64,000 bases of DNA from an uncultured Oleiharenicola sp. (GTDB taxonomy: Bacteria; Verrucomicrobiota; Verrucomicrobiia; Opitutales; Opitutaceae). Position 1 is the stretch's first letter. Each line of letters opens with the position of its first letter. The position numbers and the translations under genes are program-made. This document shows, piece after piece, positions 26,139-36,509 of the stretch. Under the pieces are notes generated by a model, which searched no databases, was not told where the DNA came from, and saw only the letters and a list, made by a program, of their open reading frames with translations. Where the stretch lies: assembly GCA_966252395.1 (NCBI GenBank), contig CBINOW010000002.1:13676-77675 (forward strand), read 5' to 3'.

Positions 26139-29100
26139 TCATCGCACGAGCGTGGCCGCCATCAGCCCAATGACGACCTCGTTGGCGAGTGACCGTATCG
26201 TAAGCGAGCGCAGCTGTTTGTCCGGATCAAGATTGAGCGCCAACACCGTGGCGGCGCCGCCCGGAACAACCCCGCCCTGCCCCTTGAACGTTTGCGGATC
26301 GAGAACGCGGACCTCGCCGGTCTTGAGGTTCACGCGCGTTGGCAGCGGCCCGACCACACGGAACTGGTAGTCGTCGATGAAGTAGTCCTGCTCGATGGGC
26401 CACCAGGTGTCCGGGTTCCGCAACGCGAGCCGGCTGGTCGTGCCGTCGGTGTAGGTCACGATGACTTCGCCGTTGTCGAGGCGGCTCTGCATGGCGTTGG
26501 TCGAGCCGGCCATGAGGAGCTGAACCTGCCGGGCTTTGCCAGCGAGCGGCACCGTGGCCTCGTCGGGATAGTTGTCCCACTGGGAAACGAAGAGGATGTT
26601 CGGCGCCTCACCCGGCCCGGGCGTGGTGAATGGCACGCCATTGGGCAGCGTGATTTTGCCGCCGTTGGCCGCCGCGGTCGCGCGCAACCCGATATCGTCA
26701 ATCTCGGCAGTGGCATTGACGTGCCCCGCCCAAGCGCCGATGCCCTGCGACGGAATTGCCAACGACACGAAGGGCGAACGCGGCGAGAGATATTTGCCAG
26801 GCTTGAAAATCTCGGTGATGCGGTCGTTGAAGTGCGCGACAAGCGGCACCGATTCCATCTGCCCTAAACCAGGCAGGTTCGACTCCGGAAGAGTCATGCC
26901 GCAAACCGCAGGACCGGAGGGGCTGGAAGCCGGCGGCTCCCCCTGCCAGGCAACAACAATTGCGAAAGTTGCGGCCGGCTCCGCGGTGAGGATCAACCGA
27001 GGCTCGGAACCCTCCTCGAGCCGGACTGCGACCTCACGGCCGTTGACGGTCACCCGGGCGCTCCGCCCCCAAGCGCGGCCGTGCAGCGTCAGCGCCATCG
27101 ACGATCCGAAGCGTGGCGTGATGAGGAATTTTTCCGTCGTCATGTCCCGCCGGTAAATGAATTCAACCCTGGGATGGTTCAGCGTTGCCTGCGTCCATTC
27201 CCAGGGAAATCCGGGCGAAACACGCAGTTCGCCAGCGAGCGCGTCGGGGCGGACGCCGAACAGGCCCTCGACAATCGCGCGCGAGGTCACGCCGGTGCCG
27301 TCGGCGAAGTCGCGCTGTGATTCGCGGCGATAGACGTCGAGGTAGTTCATGGAGCCGACGTTGCCCGGGCAGATGCCCATGAACATCGAGGCGAGGAGCG
27401 CGCTCTTGGTCAGCGTGAAAGCCTCCTCTGATTTTCCCGCCTGCCAAAGGCCGAGTGCCGTGTGGATGTTTTCGCCCATGACGACGTTGTTGAGAGACCA
27501 GGTGTAAGGCAGCCAGTCGGTCGAGGCGTGCACGGCGTAGGCGCGGTCCGCCGGCACACCCGGCCCCCTTACGGGAATCATCGGCGGCAGATGCTCCGTC
27601 ATCCGTGCGGCCTCTTCTTCGTTGGGAATCCCGCCATCCATCGTGTGGTAGAATGTCCACAGGCCCGCGCTCGGATGCACGAGCTGGCGACCAAGGGTGT
27701 CTTTGAACTCCGCAAAGTGGGTGCCGGTCCAGAGGAGTTCGCGCATGCCGCGAGCGATCAAGTCGGCCTCGTGGTCGAAGGGTGCGGGGTCGTGGCCGAG
27801 GAGTTTCGCCACGCGGGCGGCCATGCGGTTATGCCAATAGTTGTAGGCGGAGGCGTGGGCGGTGCCGCCGCCGGAGTATTGCAGATCGTCGCTGGCCCAG
27901 ATGGCGGCGTAGGCCTCGTAGAGCGGTAGCTTATGCCCGTTGACCTCGAACTCGCGGCGAAACAGGCGGCGCTCCCAGGCGAGGTGGCGCTCGATCATGG
28001 GCCAGACTTCGCGGGCGAAGGCGAGGTCGCCGGTCCACAACAGGTGACGGAACAGCGCGTCAATATAGACGAGGTTCATGTCGTAGTGGCTGGCGGAAAG
28101 GTTGCCGTTGCTGTGCAGCGCGCGCCGGCTGCGCGCGAGGTTGGTCTCCGGCTCGGGCGGCGGGAACTTGTCGGGAATGGGATCGGTGTTCTGCTGCCCG
28201 GCCCAGTAGGTGAGGTGCCGGCGCGCGCGATCGTGCCAACCGAGCGCGTCCATCGCATAAGGACCGCGCCAGCCGAGCAACTTCAAGCGCCAGGCGACGG
28301 CACCGTGCATCACCGCGCCCTGCGTTTCGTCCCACACGGCGTCGGCGGCGACGCTGAGCGCGCCGACGGCGGCGTTGAGGTAGGGATCGGGCGTGACGAC
28401 CTTCACCTGGCCGCGGAGCTGCGCGAAGTGCGCTTCGGTGGCGGTGAAGAGAGCCGGTAGGTCGTCACGGTGAAGAGCCGTGTTGGCGGAGCGTTGCTCC
28501 GAACGTGGCTGACCGGGCTCAGCGCGCTCCACCCGGACTTCACGGTAGGTGTCGAGTTCGGTGGCAGGAGCGGCGTCGGCTCGTGTGACGGCGAGGTAGA
28601 GCGGCGCCCCGGCGACGAGGGCGACACGGCCGGTAAGAACCTCATGATCCGGGGCGCGGGCGGGGATGGCCGTCAGCAAGGAGCCGGGGGCGTCCCAGAG
28701 GGCGGCATCACCCGTCCGCATTTTGGTCCCCGCAGGCACGACGCCGCGGAGTGTCGCCGTCTGGTCGCGGGGCAGTTTGGCCACCAGGAAGAAACCGTCA
28801 TCGTCCGTTTCGAAACGGTTGCCCGCACAGAACTCCGGCTTGAGTTGGAACCACTCGGAGATTGGCACCGTTTCTGTGCCGATGTCGCCGTCGCGCCGGC
28901 CGCGCTGGCCGTTCACGCCGCCGTAGGCCCAGATGAGTTCGACGGGGGCGGCCTCGCGGGAGCTCGGCCCTCCGGGCTGGTATTCCGCGCGAAGAATCAG
29001 TCCTTCCGACGAGGCCAACGCGTAGGCCGCCAGCGTGAGAGAGCCCTCCCCGAGGAGCGGATCGCGGATCGCGTAGAGCATCCCGCCCGGCCGGTAGCGG

Positions 29101-29459
29101 GCCTCGATGGTCGTAGCGGCGTGCAGCCACTTCGTGCCCGCCGGGGAATGCAGGCCGAGCCGCAGGTTGCCGCCACGGCCGGGCAGGTAGAGAACGAACT
29201 CCGGGCGGTCGCCGGCATCCACACGGAAGGCCGTGTTACCGCCGTAGAGCGGGCGGTTGAAGAACTCGTCGCCGTTGACGATGACAAAATCCTCCCCGTC
29301 CGGCGTGTAGCGCAGCGGCCGCCCGATATTATCCGCCAGGTTCGGCCAGAGCCTCTGCGCCGACGGGATTTGGGCCGGCAACGGCGAAAGGACCAGCAAC
29401 CCCACCCCCAGCACCCAAGCCGGTTTGTAATATATTACGTTACAAATGGCTCGGGGCAC
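26139..29459 (-). CDS. large (about 1100 aa) secreted glycoside-hydrolase-like protein, family undetermined
   Basis: One long coherent frame immediately downstream of GH2. The N-terminus is signal-like (AWVLGVGLLVLSPLPAQ). A central helical-barrel-like region reads LLGWRGPYAMDALGWHDR...YNYWHNRMAA. The only start at 29459 is GTG, with an alternative GTG at 29414. Confidence 0.45.
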   Translation of the reverse strand: MPRAICNVIYYKPAWVLGVGLLVLSPLPAQIPSAQRLWPNLADNIGRPLRYTPDGEDFVIVNGDEFFNRPLYGGNTAFRVDAGDRPEFVLYLPGRGGNLRLGLHSPAGTKWLHAATTIEARYRPGGMLYAIRDPLLGEGSLTLAAYALASSEGLILRAEYQPGGPSSREAAPVELIWAYGGVNGQRGRRDGDIGTETVPISEWFQLKPEFCAGNRFETDDDGFFLVAKLPRDQTATLRGVVPAGTKMRTGDAALWDAPGSLLTAIPARAPDHEVLTGRVALVAGAPLYLAVTRADAAPATELDTYREVRVERAEPGQPRSEQRSANTALHRDDLPALFTATEAHFAQLRGQVKVVTPDPYLNAAVGALSVAADAVWDETQGAVMHGAVAWRLKLLGWRGPYAMDALGWHDRARRHLTYWAGQQNTDPIPDKFPPPEPETNLARSRRALHSNGNLSASHYDMNLVYIDALFRHLLWTGDLAFAREVWPMIERHLAWERRLFRREFEVNGHKLPLYEAYAAIWASDDLQYSGGGTAHASAYNYWHNRMAARVAKLLGHDPAPFDHEADLIARGMRELLWTGTHFAEFKDTLGRQLVHPSAGLWTFYHTMDGGIPNEEEAARMTEHLPPMIPVRGPGVPADRAYAVHASTDWLPYTWSLNNVVMGENIHTALGLWQAGKSEEAFTLTKSALLASMFMGICPGNVGSMNYLDVYRRESQRDFADGTGVTSRAIVEGLFGVRPDALAGELRVSPGFPWEWTQATLNHPRVEFIYRRDMTTEKFLITPRFGSSMALTLHGRAWGRSARVTVNGREVAVRLEEGSEPRLILTAEPAATFAIVVAWQGEPPASSPSGPAVCGMTLPESNLPGLGQMESVPLVAHFNDRITEIFKPGKYLSPRSPFVSLAIPSQGIGAWAGHVNATAEIDDIGLRATAAANGGKITLPNGVPFTTPGPGEAPNILFVSQWDNYPDEATVPLAGKARQVQLLMAGSTNAMQSRLDNGEVIVTYTDGTTSRLALRNPDTWWPIEQDYFIDDYQFRVVGPLPTRVNLKTGEVRVLDPQTFKGQGGVVPGGAATVLALNLDPDKQLRSLTIRSLANEVVIGLMAATLVR

Positions 29460-29461
29460 GT

Positions 29462-32110
29462 TCAGGGAGGGGTGAGGCGGAAGACCACGGCGCCGGAGTA
29501 GTCACCCCGGGCCGTGCGCGTGAGCGACTGGGGGCCGAGCTGGTCGGTGGTGTGGAATTTGTTCCGCATGGCGGGAATGATCTCGAGGAAGCTGAGGCCG
29601 AAATCCGGCAGCTCGAGCAGGCCGTTGACGCCGTCGCGGGGGCGGCCCACGGCGAAATGGGGCACGTTGGAAAGATTCTCGACCGAGAGAACACCCTCCG
29701 GGGTCGTCAGCTCCAGCCGGCGCCAGTCGCGGAAGCAGCCCTGAAACTCCGGCACGGCCCAGCTCTCGCCGGGGACAGCGGCGTTGAACGGGGTGGCGTG
29801 CAGGCCGATCCAGGCGCCTTCGAGGCGGTTTTGCCAGACCCGGTAGGGTCCGCGCCCGAGCCAGCGCTTGGCCTGCAGGCGGGCCTCCGCCACCGGGAAG
29901 CGGATGCCGAGCACGTCGGCCGGCCCCTCGTAGGAAAACGCGTAGTCCAACCGCAGCGCACCGTCGGCCTGCTGCGTCCAGCGGAAGACGGGCGCGGACG
30001 CGAGTGCGGCCGGCTCGTAGCGGCGGTCCTGCCGGCGCAGGACCAGCACCTCCGGTTCGCCCAGCCAGGCGGGGGCGGCGGCCGGCGCGCCGGTCGGGGC
30101 CGGCGGGGCGACCGGGCTGGCCGCCCAGGCGCTCGCCGACCAGAGATGCCTGCCGTCAGGGCCGACGGCGGTCACGCGGAGGAAATCCGCGTCGGTCCGC
30201 ACCGCAGCCGGCAGAGGACTGGTCAAGCGGCCGCCCTGGCGCGGCGCCACGGCCGGGCCGGGCTGTTCGGCGGCGGCGAGCACGCGCTCGCCGGTGCCCT
30301 CCGCGCGCACCCAGTCCCAGCGGAAACGGCAGGCGGTGAGCGCGGTGAAATCGTAGCCGTTCTCCACCGCGACCGTGCCGTCCCAGTCGGCGGACAGCAC
30401 CGCAGGCAACGCGATCCGGACGGGCGACCAGATTTCCTGCACGGTGTGGAAGCTGCCTTCCTTTTCGTGGCGGGGGCCGACGATGCCGTCGGGGGCGTAG
30501 TTGCCGGCGTTGTCGATGCGGCCGCCTTGGTCGGCGCGGGCGATGCCCTCGTCGGCGAAGACCCAGAAGAAGCCGCCGGCGACGGTCGGGCTCTTCATCA
30601 TCTCGCCCCAATAGTCGCGCAGCCCGGCGCCGATGCCAGCGTCGTAGAGGCCGTGCTGGAACTCCGTGGGCATATAAATCATGGGGCCGGCGCTCTTCTT
30701 CACGTGCGAGTCCCACGGCTCGTAGTGGTCCGTGTCCACCTCGCTGAACTTCGCCCATGGGTGGAGGACGGGGCGCCGCTGAATGTCCCATTTCGCGAAC
30801 TCGCCGTCCACCTCGGTGTTCCAGCCGCCCTCGTTGCCGTTGTCCCAAAACAGAATGCTCGGGTGGTTCACGTCGCGGCGCACGAGCTGGCCGATGAGCC
30901 GCGTGCCGGTCGGCGTGTCGTAGGCGCCTTGCCAACCGGCGAGCTCGTCGAGCACGTAGAGGCCGAGCTCGTCACAGGCTTCTAAGAAATGCTTGTCGGG
31001 CTGGTAGTGCGACATTCGCACCGCATTCATGTTCATCTCCTTGATGAGGCGGACGTCGGCGTAGCTTTGCGCGTGGGAGATGGTGCGGCCGGTGTCGGGG
31101 TTGAAGCAGTGGCGGTTGACGCCCTTGAGGATGATCTTCGTGCCGTTGAGGTAGAGGCCGTCGTTGGGCCGGACCTCGAAGGTGCGGAAGCCGAAACGCT
31201 CGGTGACGGTGTGAGATTCGTAGGTGAACTTCACGCGGTGCAGGTTCGGCGTCTCGGCGGTCCAGAGCGCGGGATTGGTAAAGCGGCCGGTGACGGTGGC
31301 CTTGGTCGCGCCGGCGGCAAAGTCGGCGGTGAGGGGTGCGCCGAACTCGCGCCCAGCGGCGTCAGTGACGACGGCGGTGACGCGGCCGGCCTTGGTCGCG
31401 GGTCCCCCGAGATGGATGTCGGCGGTGAACGTGCCGTCGGCGCGGGCGTCGACGCCGGTCCACTCGATGTGCTCGCGTGGGCGCGCCTCGAGCCAGACGG
31501 GGCGGAAAATGCCGCCGAAGAGCCAGTAGTCGCCGAGGCGCTCGGCGCGGTTGACGCTCTCGTTGGCGGATTTTTTGCGCACGACGACTTCGAGGCGGTT
31601 GTCGCCGGCGAAATCGAGCAGCGCGGTGATGTCGTGGTGGAAGCGGTAGAACGAGCCTTGGTGCACGGGGCCGGCGGGCTGGCCGTTGATCTTCACCTCG
31701 GCGTCGGTCATCACGCCGTCGAAAACGATGCGCACGGCGCGGTCGCGCCATTCGGCCGGCACGCGGAAGGTGTGGCGGTAGTGACCCTCCTCGTCGGCGA
31801 GCGGCGGCGGGGTGGGTTTGTCGCGCCCCGGCCGGTGATTGACGCCGTAGTTGTAGGTGCCGAAGCCCTGCTGTTCCCAACACGAGGGCACGGGGATCGT
31901 GGTCCAGGTGCCGCTGTTGCGTCCGCCGGTGCAGAGGAATTCCCATTTGACGGCGTCCTCCGGTCCGCGACCCGAGAGATAGCGGATCTCGGTTTCGCTA
32001 GCGGACAGGCACGACAGCAGGAAGGGCCCCAAAAGGCACAGAACACGCGAAACGAAGGCGGTTGACCAATGACGGATGGTTGCAGGGGGCATAGGAAAGC
32101 GCGGAATCAT
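29462..32110 (-). CDS. GH2 family glycoside hydrolase (beta-galactosidase/beta-glucuronidase-like)
   Basis: Motifs ILKGVNRHCFNPDTGR, NAVRMSHYQPDKHFLEACDELGLYVLDE and HPSILFWDNGNEGGWN, preceded by a sugar-binding N-terminal domain. Confidence 0.8.
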   Translation of the reverse strand: MIPRFPMPPATIRHWSTAFVSRVLCLLGPFLLSCLSASETEIRYLSGRGPEDAVKWEFLCTGGRNSGTWTTIPVPSCWEQQGFGTYNYGVNHRPGRDKPTPPPLADEEGHYRHTFRVPAEWRDRAVRIVFDGVMTDAEVKINGQPAGPVHQGSFYRFHHDITALLDFAGDNRLEVVVRKKSANESVNRAERLGDYWLFGGIFRPVWLEARPREHIEWTGVDARADGTFTADIHLGGPATKAGRVTAVVTDAAGREFGAPLTADFAAGATKATVTGRFTNPALWTAETPNLHRVKFTYESHTVTERFGFRTFEVRPNDGLYLNGTKIILKGVNRHCFNPDTGRTISHAQSYADVRLIKEMNMNAVRMSHYQPDKHFLEACDELGLYVLDELAGWQGAYDTPTGTRLIGQLVRRDVNHPSILFWDNGNEGGWNTEVDGEFAKWDIQRRPVLHPWAKFSEVDTDHYEPWDSHVKKSAGPMIYMPTEFQHGLYDAGIGAGLRDYWGEMMKSPTVAGGFFWVFADEGIARADQGGRIDNAGNYAPDGIVGPRHEKEGSFHTVQEIWSPVRIALPAVLSADWDGTVAVENGYDFTALTACRFRWDWVRAEGTGERVLAAAEQPGPAVAPRQGGRLTSPLPAAVRTDADFLRVTAVGPDGRHLWSASAWAASPVAPPAPTGAPAAAPAWLGEPEVLVLRRQDRRYEPAALASAPVFRWTQQADGALRLDYAFSYEGPADVLGIRFPVAEARLQAKRWLGRGPYRVWQNRLEGAWIGLHATPFNAAVPGESWAVPEFQGCFRDWRRLELTTPEGVLSVENLSNVPHFAVGRPRDGVNGLLELPDFGLSFLEIIPAMRNKFHTTDQLGPQSLTRTARGDYSGAVVFRLTPP

Positions 32111-32166
32111 CTTCTGGATGCTTCGCTCCGCCCCACATGACAAGGTCGCCGGGATGGAATATCCGG

Positions 32167-34203
32167 TCACGCCCCGCTGGCGAGGTTGAGCAGGAAGAGG
32201 AAGAGGCCGACGATGGAACCGGAAATGGCGCAACAGGCGAGAAAGCCGATGGTGTCGGCCTTGTCCCAGCGGCAGAACTCCCACCAGGAGTTGCGGCCGA
32301 GGAGCTTGGTGTCGTCGAAGCGGCCGGGGTTTTTCCGGGTCTCCTCCATGGCGGCGGCCTCGAGCTCGGGCGTGTCGCCGACGGGGGTCTTCATCTTGCC
32401 GTAGAAGAAGGCGACCCGCGCGGGGTCGGTGGGCCGCGTCAGCAGGCTGACCACGATCAGCACGGCAAAGGGAAACAGTCCGTCGAAGAAGAACTGGGCC
32501 GTGAAGCGCTGCGTGGGCGTGAGCGCGACGACGTCCACCCCGGCTTTGCCGAGCAGCCAGACCTCAAAGTTGAAGCGGTTGGTGCGCGTTGGTGCGGCGA
32601 TGTAGGGACTGGTGAGGTCGGCGGGGTCGGAATGCACGACCTTGGAGAAATAGACGCCGGTGCCGGGCTTGGTGCTGGGCTGGGCCAGCTCCGGGCTGTG
32701 CGCGACCGCGTCGAACTTGGAAGCGGTCCACGGAATGACGAGAATGACGAGCGTCGAGAGGACCACGCAGGCCCAGACCGCGGGCGCGGTGACGCGGCGC
32801 CACCAGTAGGTGAGCAGCACGGCCGCGCCGAAGGGGATGTTCACCGTGAGCACGATGTTCACGATGTCGTAGAAGCTGCCCATGAGCGTGGCGGCGACGG
32901 TGCCGAGGATCAGGACGACCACGATGGTGCAGCGCGCGTAGAAGACGCCCTGCGTCTGGGTGATGTCGGGCCAGATCTGGCGGTAAACGTTGCGGACGAA
33001 GAGCGAGGAGATGGCGAGGGCCTTGGCCGCGAGCGTGGACATCGTGCCCGCGAGCACGCCGGCGAGCATCAGGCCGACGAGGCCGGTGCCGAGGAGCTGG
33101 TTGGACATCGTGCCCCAGACGGCGTCGGGATCGGACAGGCCGCCGACCCCGAACATCGCCACCGCGATCAGGCCGGCGAAGGCCCAGAGGATGATCATGA
33201 GGCGCTTCAGGTAGGTGCCGGAGACGCCGGAGCGGGCGGCCATCTCGTTCTTGGCCGAGCCGCAGATGCCCATGTTGTGGCTGAGGCCGCCGTTTTGCAC
33301 GATGCTGACGAGCAGAATGCTGCCCAAGCTCCAGGCGGTGAACTGCGCGCCACCGGCCGAGCCGAAGAGGTTGAACATTTCCTGCGGCACCTTTTGCGCC
33401 AGTGCGCCCCAACCGCCGATGGCGTGCAGGCCGGTCGGGATCAGCAGGAGGGAGAAGACGATGATCAGCACGCTCTGCAGCCCCTCGTTGAGCGCCGCGG
33501 CCGCCATGCCGCCCAGCACGATGTAGGTGCCGACCACGAGGGTGAAGACCGCGTAGAAGAGGAGGTCGTTGAGCAGGGTCACGTAGCTGCGCAGCTCGCC
33601 GCGGGCGTTGCGGTCGCGGAGCGTGTCGAGCTTGAGCTGGGTGTCGGGCGCGAGCGGGGCGACGGCGGCCTGTTTCTCCAGGGCCTTGAGCTCGCGGTAG
33701 CCCTCGACGGCAGCGCGTTCGTCGGCGGTCCACTGGACCTCCTGTTTCACGACGAGCGAGGAGGCGATCTTGTAGGCGGTGACGTTACCGAAGCCGAGGA
33801 AGACGCAGGCCACGAGGATCTGGAAGGTGGCGTAGAAGAGGCTGAGGCCCTTGCTGGCATAGCGATCCTCGAAGAGATCGGAGACCGTGGTGAGCCGCAC
33901 GCGGCGGAACCAGACGTTCATGAACCAGAAGTAGGGGTTCATGAAGACGGTCTGGAAGGAGAGCCACGCGCCCGGTGCACCCTGCTGATAGACAAAGCTC
34001 GCCGTGCTCACGGCGCCCTGCGGCTCGGTGGCGTTGCCGAAGTTGAGGAAGAACTGGTAGAGCTTGCCGAGCTTGCGGCCGGCGAGGAAGAAACCCTCCT
34101 CGCTGTTCGTGCCGGCGGCGGCGCGCCGGCCGATCCAGACCACGGCGGCGAGATAGGCCAGGACCACGAGGATATCCAATAGATGCAGACTGCCGAAGCG
34201 CAT
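32167..34203 (-). CDS. sodium:solute symporter (SSS) family transporter
   Basis: Multi-pass hydrophobic protein. The N-terminus LDILVVLAYLAAVVWIGRRAA...FFLAGRKLG is typical of the SSS family. It heads the GH2 operon. Confidence 0.8.
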   Translation of the reverse strand: MRFGSLHLLDILVVLAYLAAVVWIGRRAAAGTNSEEGFFLAGRKLGKLYQFFLNFGNATEPQGAVSTASFVYQQGAPGAWLSFQTVFMNPYFWFMNVWFRRVRLTTVSDLFEDRYASKGLSLFYATFQILVACVFLGFGNVTAYKIASSLVVKQEVQWTADERAAVEGYRELKALEKQAAVAPLAPDTQLKLDTLRDRNARGELRSYVTLLNDLLFYAVFTLVVGTYIVLGGMAAAALNEGLQSVLIIVFSLLLIPTGLHAIGGWGALAQKVPQEMFNLFGSAGGAQFTAWSLGSILLVSIVQNGGLSHNMGICGSAKNEMAARSGVSGTYLKRLMIILWAFAGLIAVAMFGVGGLSDPDAVWGTMSNQLLGTGLVGLMLAGVLAGTMSTLAAKALAISSLFVRNVYRQIWPDITQTQGVFYARCTIVVVLILGTVAATLMGSFYDIVNIVLTVNIPFGAAVLLTYWWRRVTAPAVWACVVLSTLVILVIPWTASKFDAVAHSPELAQPSTKPGTGVYFSKVVHSDPADLTSPYIAAPTRTNRFNFEVWLLGKAGVDVVALTPTQRFTAQFFFDGLFPFAVLIVVSLLTRPTDPARVAFFYGKMKTPVGDTPELEAAAMEETRKNPGRFDDTKLLGRNSWWEFCRWDKADTIGFLACCAISGSIVGLFLFLLNLASGA

Positions 34204-34430
34204 GGGGAAGTGGGGTTGAGCGGACGCCGACCAGCGGGCAGAAATTGACCATTAAACCGGACGCCGGGGAAGAACCAAAGCTTGGCTGCGGGAAACCCCT
34301 CGCAACCGGACCCGGCTCTGACAGTTCGCGAAAGGCCCGTCCGGCCATCGTATAGGAGGCCTTGGGTGGAACCTGCGTTCCGTCGCAGGTTCAAGCCCGC
34401 GCTCCGCGCGGGCTCCACCTCCACCAGCAC

Positions 34431-36329
34431 CTACCGCCCGCCCAGGGCTTCGCGGGCGAGGCGAAGGTTTTCCTGCAACCGGGTGTCACCGGGGCGGAGC
34501 CGCAGGGCGGCCTCGTATTGGGCCGCGGCTTCGGCCGGGCGGCGAGTGAGCAGGAGCACGTTGCCGTAATTGGCGCGGGCATCGGGATCGTCGGGCTGCA
34601 ACTCGACCAACACGCGGAACTGTTCACCGGCCTCGGGGAGGCGGCCGGCCTGGGCCAGCAGCAGGCCGAGGCGGCGGCGCGCGGCGACCAGGCCGCCATC
34701 GAGCACCAGGGCGGCCCGCAGCTCCTGCTCGGCTTCCGTCGCCCGACCAAGACCCTGCAGGGCCACGGCGAGGTTGTGGTGGGCGTCGGCGGCTGGCTTC
34801 AGGGCGAGCGAAAGACGGAAGGCCTCGGCGGCCTCCGCCGGGCGGTTGGCACGCATCAGGGCGTTGCCGAGGGCGAGTTGCGCATCGGCGTGGGCCGGGC
34901 CGAGTTTTGTCGCCGTTTGCAGGCGGGCGACGGCCTCGTCCACGCGGCCGAGATCGAGCAGGGCCAGGCCCCACGTGTAGTGCGCGGGCACATAGTCGGG
35001 CGAGAGTTGCGCCGCGGTGGCCGCGTGTTCCGCCGCCTCGGCGGCGCGGCCCCGGTGCTGGAGCTCAACGGCGAGGTTGTGCTGCGCCCGGGCGCTGGTC
35101 GGGTATTTCGCCACGGAATCCTGCCAAATCACCGAGGTGTCCCGGTAGTCCTGGTTACGGGCGACGGTGAGCCCGGCGAACAGCAGGGCCACAGCGCCCC
35201 ACCCCAGCCAGGCCCGCGCGCCGAGTCCGCGGTGCAGCGCAGCGAGACCGAGTCCGAGCACGGCCGCGAGCGGAAGATACATGCGGTGCTCGGCCATCGT
35301 CTGCGTGACCAGCGGGACGACGCTCGAGCTGGGCGCGAGGATCGCGAAGAAGGCCACACCCGCAAAGCCGATGACAGGCCGGCACCAGAGCGCCCAGAGC
35401 GTGCCGCCCACCAAAGTCCACACGACCAACCCCTGCCACCAGACCTCCGCCGGTGAGTGCACCACCGCCGTGCCGTAATCCAGCACGAGCGGGTGCGGCC
35501 AGAGGCACAGCTTCAGGTAGAGCACCAGTGCCTCGGCCTGTTTCAGCCAATACGTCCACCACGAGACGCCGAGCCCCAGGCCGGCCGAGGCGCCGCGCGT
35601 GCCACCGGCGCCGAGCACGAGGACAAGCAGCAGCCCCCAGGTCGCGGCGAGCGCGAGGTAGTAGCCGCGCCGCGCCCGCCAGGCAGCGGCAAAGCTGCCG
35701 GCCACGAAGGTGCGGTCCGCGAGCAGCACGATCAGCGGCGCCGACACCATCACTTCCTTGCTGCCCATGCCGAGCAGGCAGGCGACGACGGAAACTGCCA
35801 ACCAGCCGAGCGAGCCTCCCGCCTCTGCGCCGCGAAAGAAGGCGAAGAGCGTGAACAAATAGAAGAACCCGCAGAGCACCTCCGTGCGCTGCGCGATGCA
35901 GGTGACGGATTCCGTCTGCAGCGGGTGCACCGCCCAAAGCAGCGCCAGTCCCAAGGCCAGCGAAGGCGCTACAGCCGGCAGCACGCGGGCAAAGATCCGC
36001 CGGGCCACGCCCAGCAACGCGAGCGCGGCGGCAGCGTGGATGACCAGATTGCCCGCGCGATGGCCCCACGGCTCGGGCCCGCTCAACTTATAGGTCAGCG
36101 CGAAGGTGAAATTCAGCACCGGGCGCCCGGTCGTGGTGCTGCCGTCCCCGGGCGGATTGAACGCGGTTGTGAGACTGCGGATGCTGGTGTTTTCCGTGAT
36201 CGCGCCGAGATCGTCGAACAACAACGGCGCGCGCAGGGCGCCGGCATAGACCGCGAGCACGGCCGCAACGAGCAGCAGCGCGGGCCAAACGGGAGCAGCG
36301 ATCGGGCGAGCAGGGGCAGGCGGAGGCAT
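34431..36329 (-). CDS. polytopic membrane protein with C-terminal TPR repeats (PMT/GT39-like N-terminal domain)
   Basis: About 10 hydrophobic segments, followed by repeated TPR-like units (AEHAATAAQLSPDYVPAHYTWGLALLDLGRVDEA and others). I prefer the ATG at 36329 to the GTG at 36350, which lies inside a REP element. Confidence 0.7.
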   Translation of the reverse strand: MPPPAPARPIAAPVWPALLLVAAVLAVYAGALRAPLLFDDLGAITENTSIRSLTTAFNPPGDGSTTTGRPVLNFTFALTYKLSGPEPWGHRAGNLVIHAAAALALLGVARRIFARVLPAVAPSLALGLALLWAVHPLQTESVTCIAQRTEVLCGFFYLFTLFAFFRGAEAGGSLGWLAVSVVACLLGMGSKEVMVSAPLIVLLADRTFVAGSFAAAWRARRGYYLALAATWGLLLVLVLGAGGTRGASAGLGLGVSWWTYWLKQAEALVLYLKLCLWPHPLVLDYGTAVVHSPAEVWWQGLVVWTLVGGTLWALWCRPVIGFAGVAFFAILAPSSSVVPLVTQTMAEHRMYLPLAAVLGLGLAALHRGLGARAWLGWGAVALLFAGLTVARNQDYRDTSVIWQDSVAKYPTSARAQHNLAVELQHRGRAAEAAEHAATAAQLSPDYVPAHYTWGLALLDLGRVDEAVARLQTATKLGPAHADAQLALGNALMRANRPAEAAEAFRLSLALKPAADAHHNLAVALQGLGRATEAEQELRAALVLDGGLVAARRRLGLLLAQAGRLPEAGEQFRVLVELQPDDPDARANYGNVLLLTRRPAEAAAQYEAALRLRPGDTRLQENLRLAREALGGR

Positions 36330-36346
36330 GAGGCGGATCAGAGAAA

Positions 36347-36379
36347 CCACGCTTTCGCCTGCGGCTCAAGCGCGGCTAC
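36347..36379. repeat. REP-like family C, half element
   Basis: ccacgctttcgcctgcggctcaagcgcggctac matches the right half of 62850..62934. Confidence 0.75.
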
Positions 36380-36450
36380 GTGGCGGTTCGGGCATGGGCG
36401 ACACCTCCGGCTGGTGGGCGGGGTTCTGAGACCACGCCACAACACGCCCC

Positions 36451-36483
36451 AAAGAAAAAGCTCCCCGGCTGACGCCGGAGAGC
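36451..36483 (-). terminator. intrinsic terminator after the TonB-dependent receptor gene
   Basis: On the minus strand it reads gctctccggc-gtca-gccggggagc followed by tttttcttt, starting about 27 nt after the stop. Confidence 0.65.
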
Positions 36484-36509
36484 TCGTAATATACCCCAGA
36501 CTGACAGAC

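Noticed and set aside
32137-34182. 681-aa plus-strand ORF. Similar long antisense ORFs occur at 18062..20461 (+), 46382..48382 (-), 50610..52499 (-), 3205..4734 (-), 13980..15464 (-), 38196..40658 (+) and 55216..56427 (-).
   Set aside because: Each lies opposite a gene with clear family motifs. Their translations are Arg/Gly/Ala/Asp-rich low-complexity strings typical of shadow frames in GC-rich DNA, with no recognisable domains.
34360-34420. tRNA-like GGTTCAAGCCCGCGC (T-arm-like) sequence in the symporter / TPR-protein intergenic region.
   Set aside because: The flanks cannot form a T-stem or an acceptor stem. The segment instead folds as two simple hairpins (gaacctgcg..cgcaggttc and agcccgcgc..gcgcgggct), consistent with a REP element or terminator.
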